Virus record (IMG/VR): IMGVR_UViG_3300032931_000905
Coordinates: 1 to 64,000 of that record
Source: a virus
Direction: 5' to 3' (one strand)
Length of the DNA: 64,000 nucleotides
Position 1 is the stretch's first letter. Each line of letters starts with the position of its first letter. The notes beneath the pieces were generated by a model. The model was given only the letters and a program-made list of their open reading frames with translations. It had not been told where the DNA came from and did no database searches. Both the position numbers and the translations under genes were made by a program. Positions 63,971 through 64,000 of this stretch are shown piece by piece.

Positions 63971-64000
63971 TGGAGCGGGATGCGGGTTCTGCCCCCGCGA
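63971..64000 (-). tRNA. 3' end of a tRNA (probably Gly; anticodon outside window)
   Basis: T-arm GCGGG-GGCAGAA-CCCGC then ATCCCGCTCCA. Confidence 0.65.

Noticed and set aside
60671-64000. Stop-codon reassignment or suppressor tRNAs
   Set aside because: No CTA, TTA or TCA anticodons found; conserved genes are full length under the standard code and use all three stops

Overview
This window is part of a T4-like (gp33/gp59/gp32-containing) myovirus genome, read almost entirely on the minus strand. 1-32.5 kb (-) holds tail-fibre, tailspike and baseplate genes: gp48, gp53, gp27-like, gp5, PAAR, gp25, gp6, gp7-like, gp8, a 2090-aa wedge protein, beta-helix and SGNH spikes, and three tandem paralogs. 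32.5-37.3 kb (+) holds gp4, gp2, gp54/19-like, gp26, gp51 and a tape-measure candidate, with a canonical -1 slippery site joining gp26 to gp51. 37.4-60.6 kb (-) holds replication and early genes (gp32, gp59, gp33, dsbA, rnh, ligase, PhoH, RtcB) mixed with host-derived genes: an OprO/P-type porin, a PagL-like deacylase, TusA, a GT2, a PEP-CTERM protein and a 2-oxoacid:ferredoxin oxidoreductase beta subunit. 60.7-64 kb (-) is an RNA array of 16 complete tRNAs, one partial tRNA, a tmRNA and an unidentified ~290-nt multi-helix RNA. Many tRNAs have compensated non-canonical D/T-loop elbows. The host is inferred, not proven, to be a Nitrospirota-like rTCA autotroph. All family assignments come from motif recognition and recall; no database search was run.
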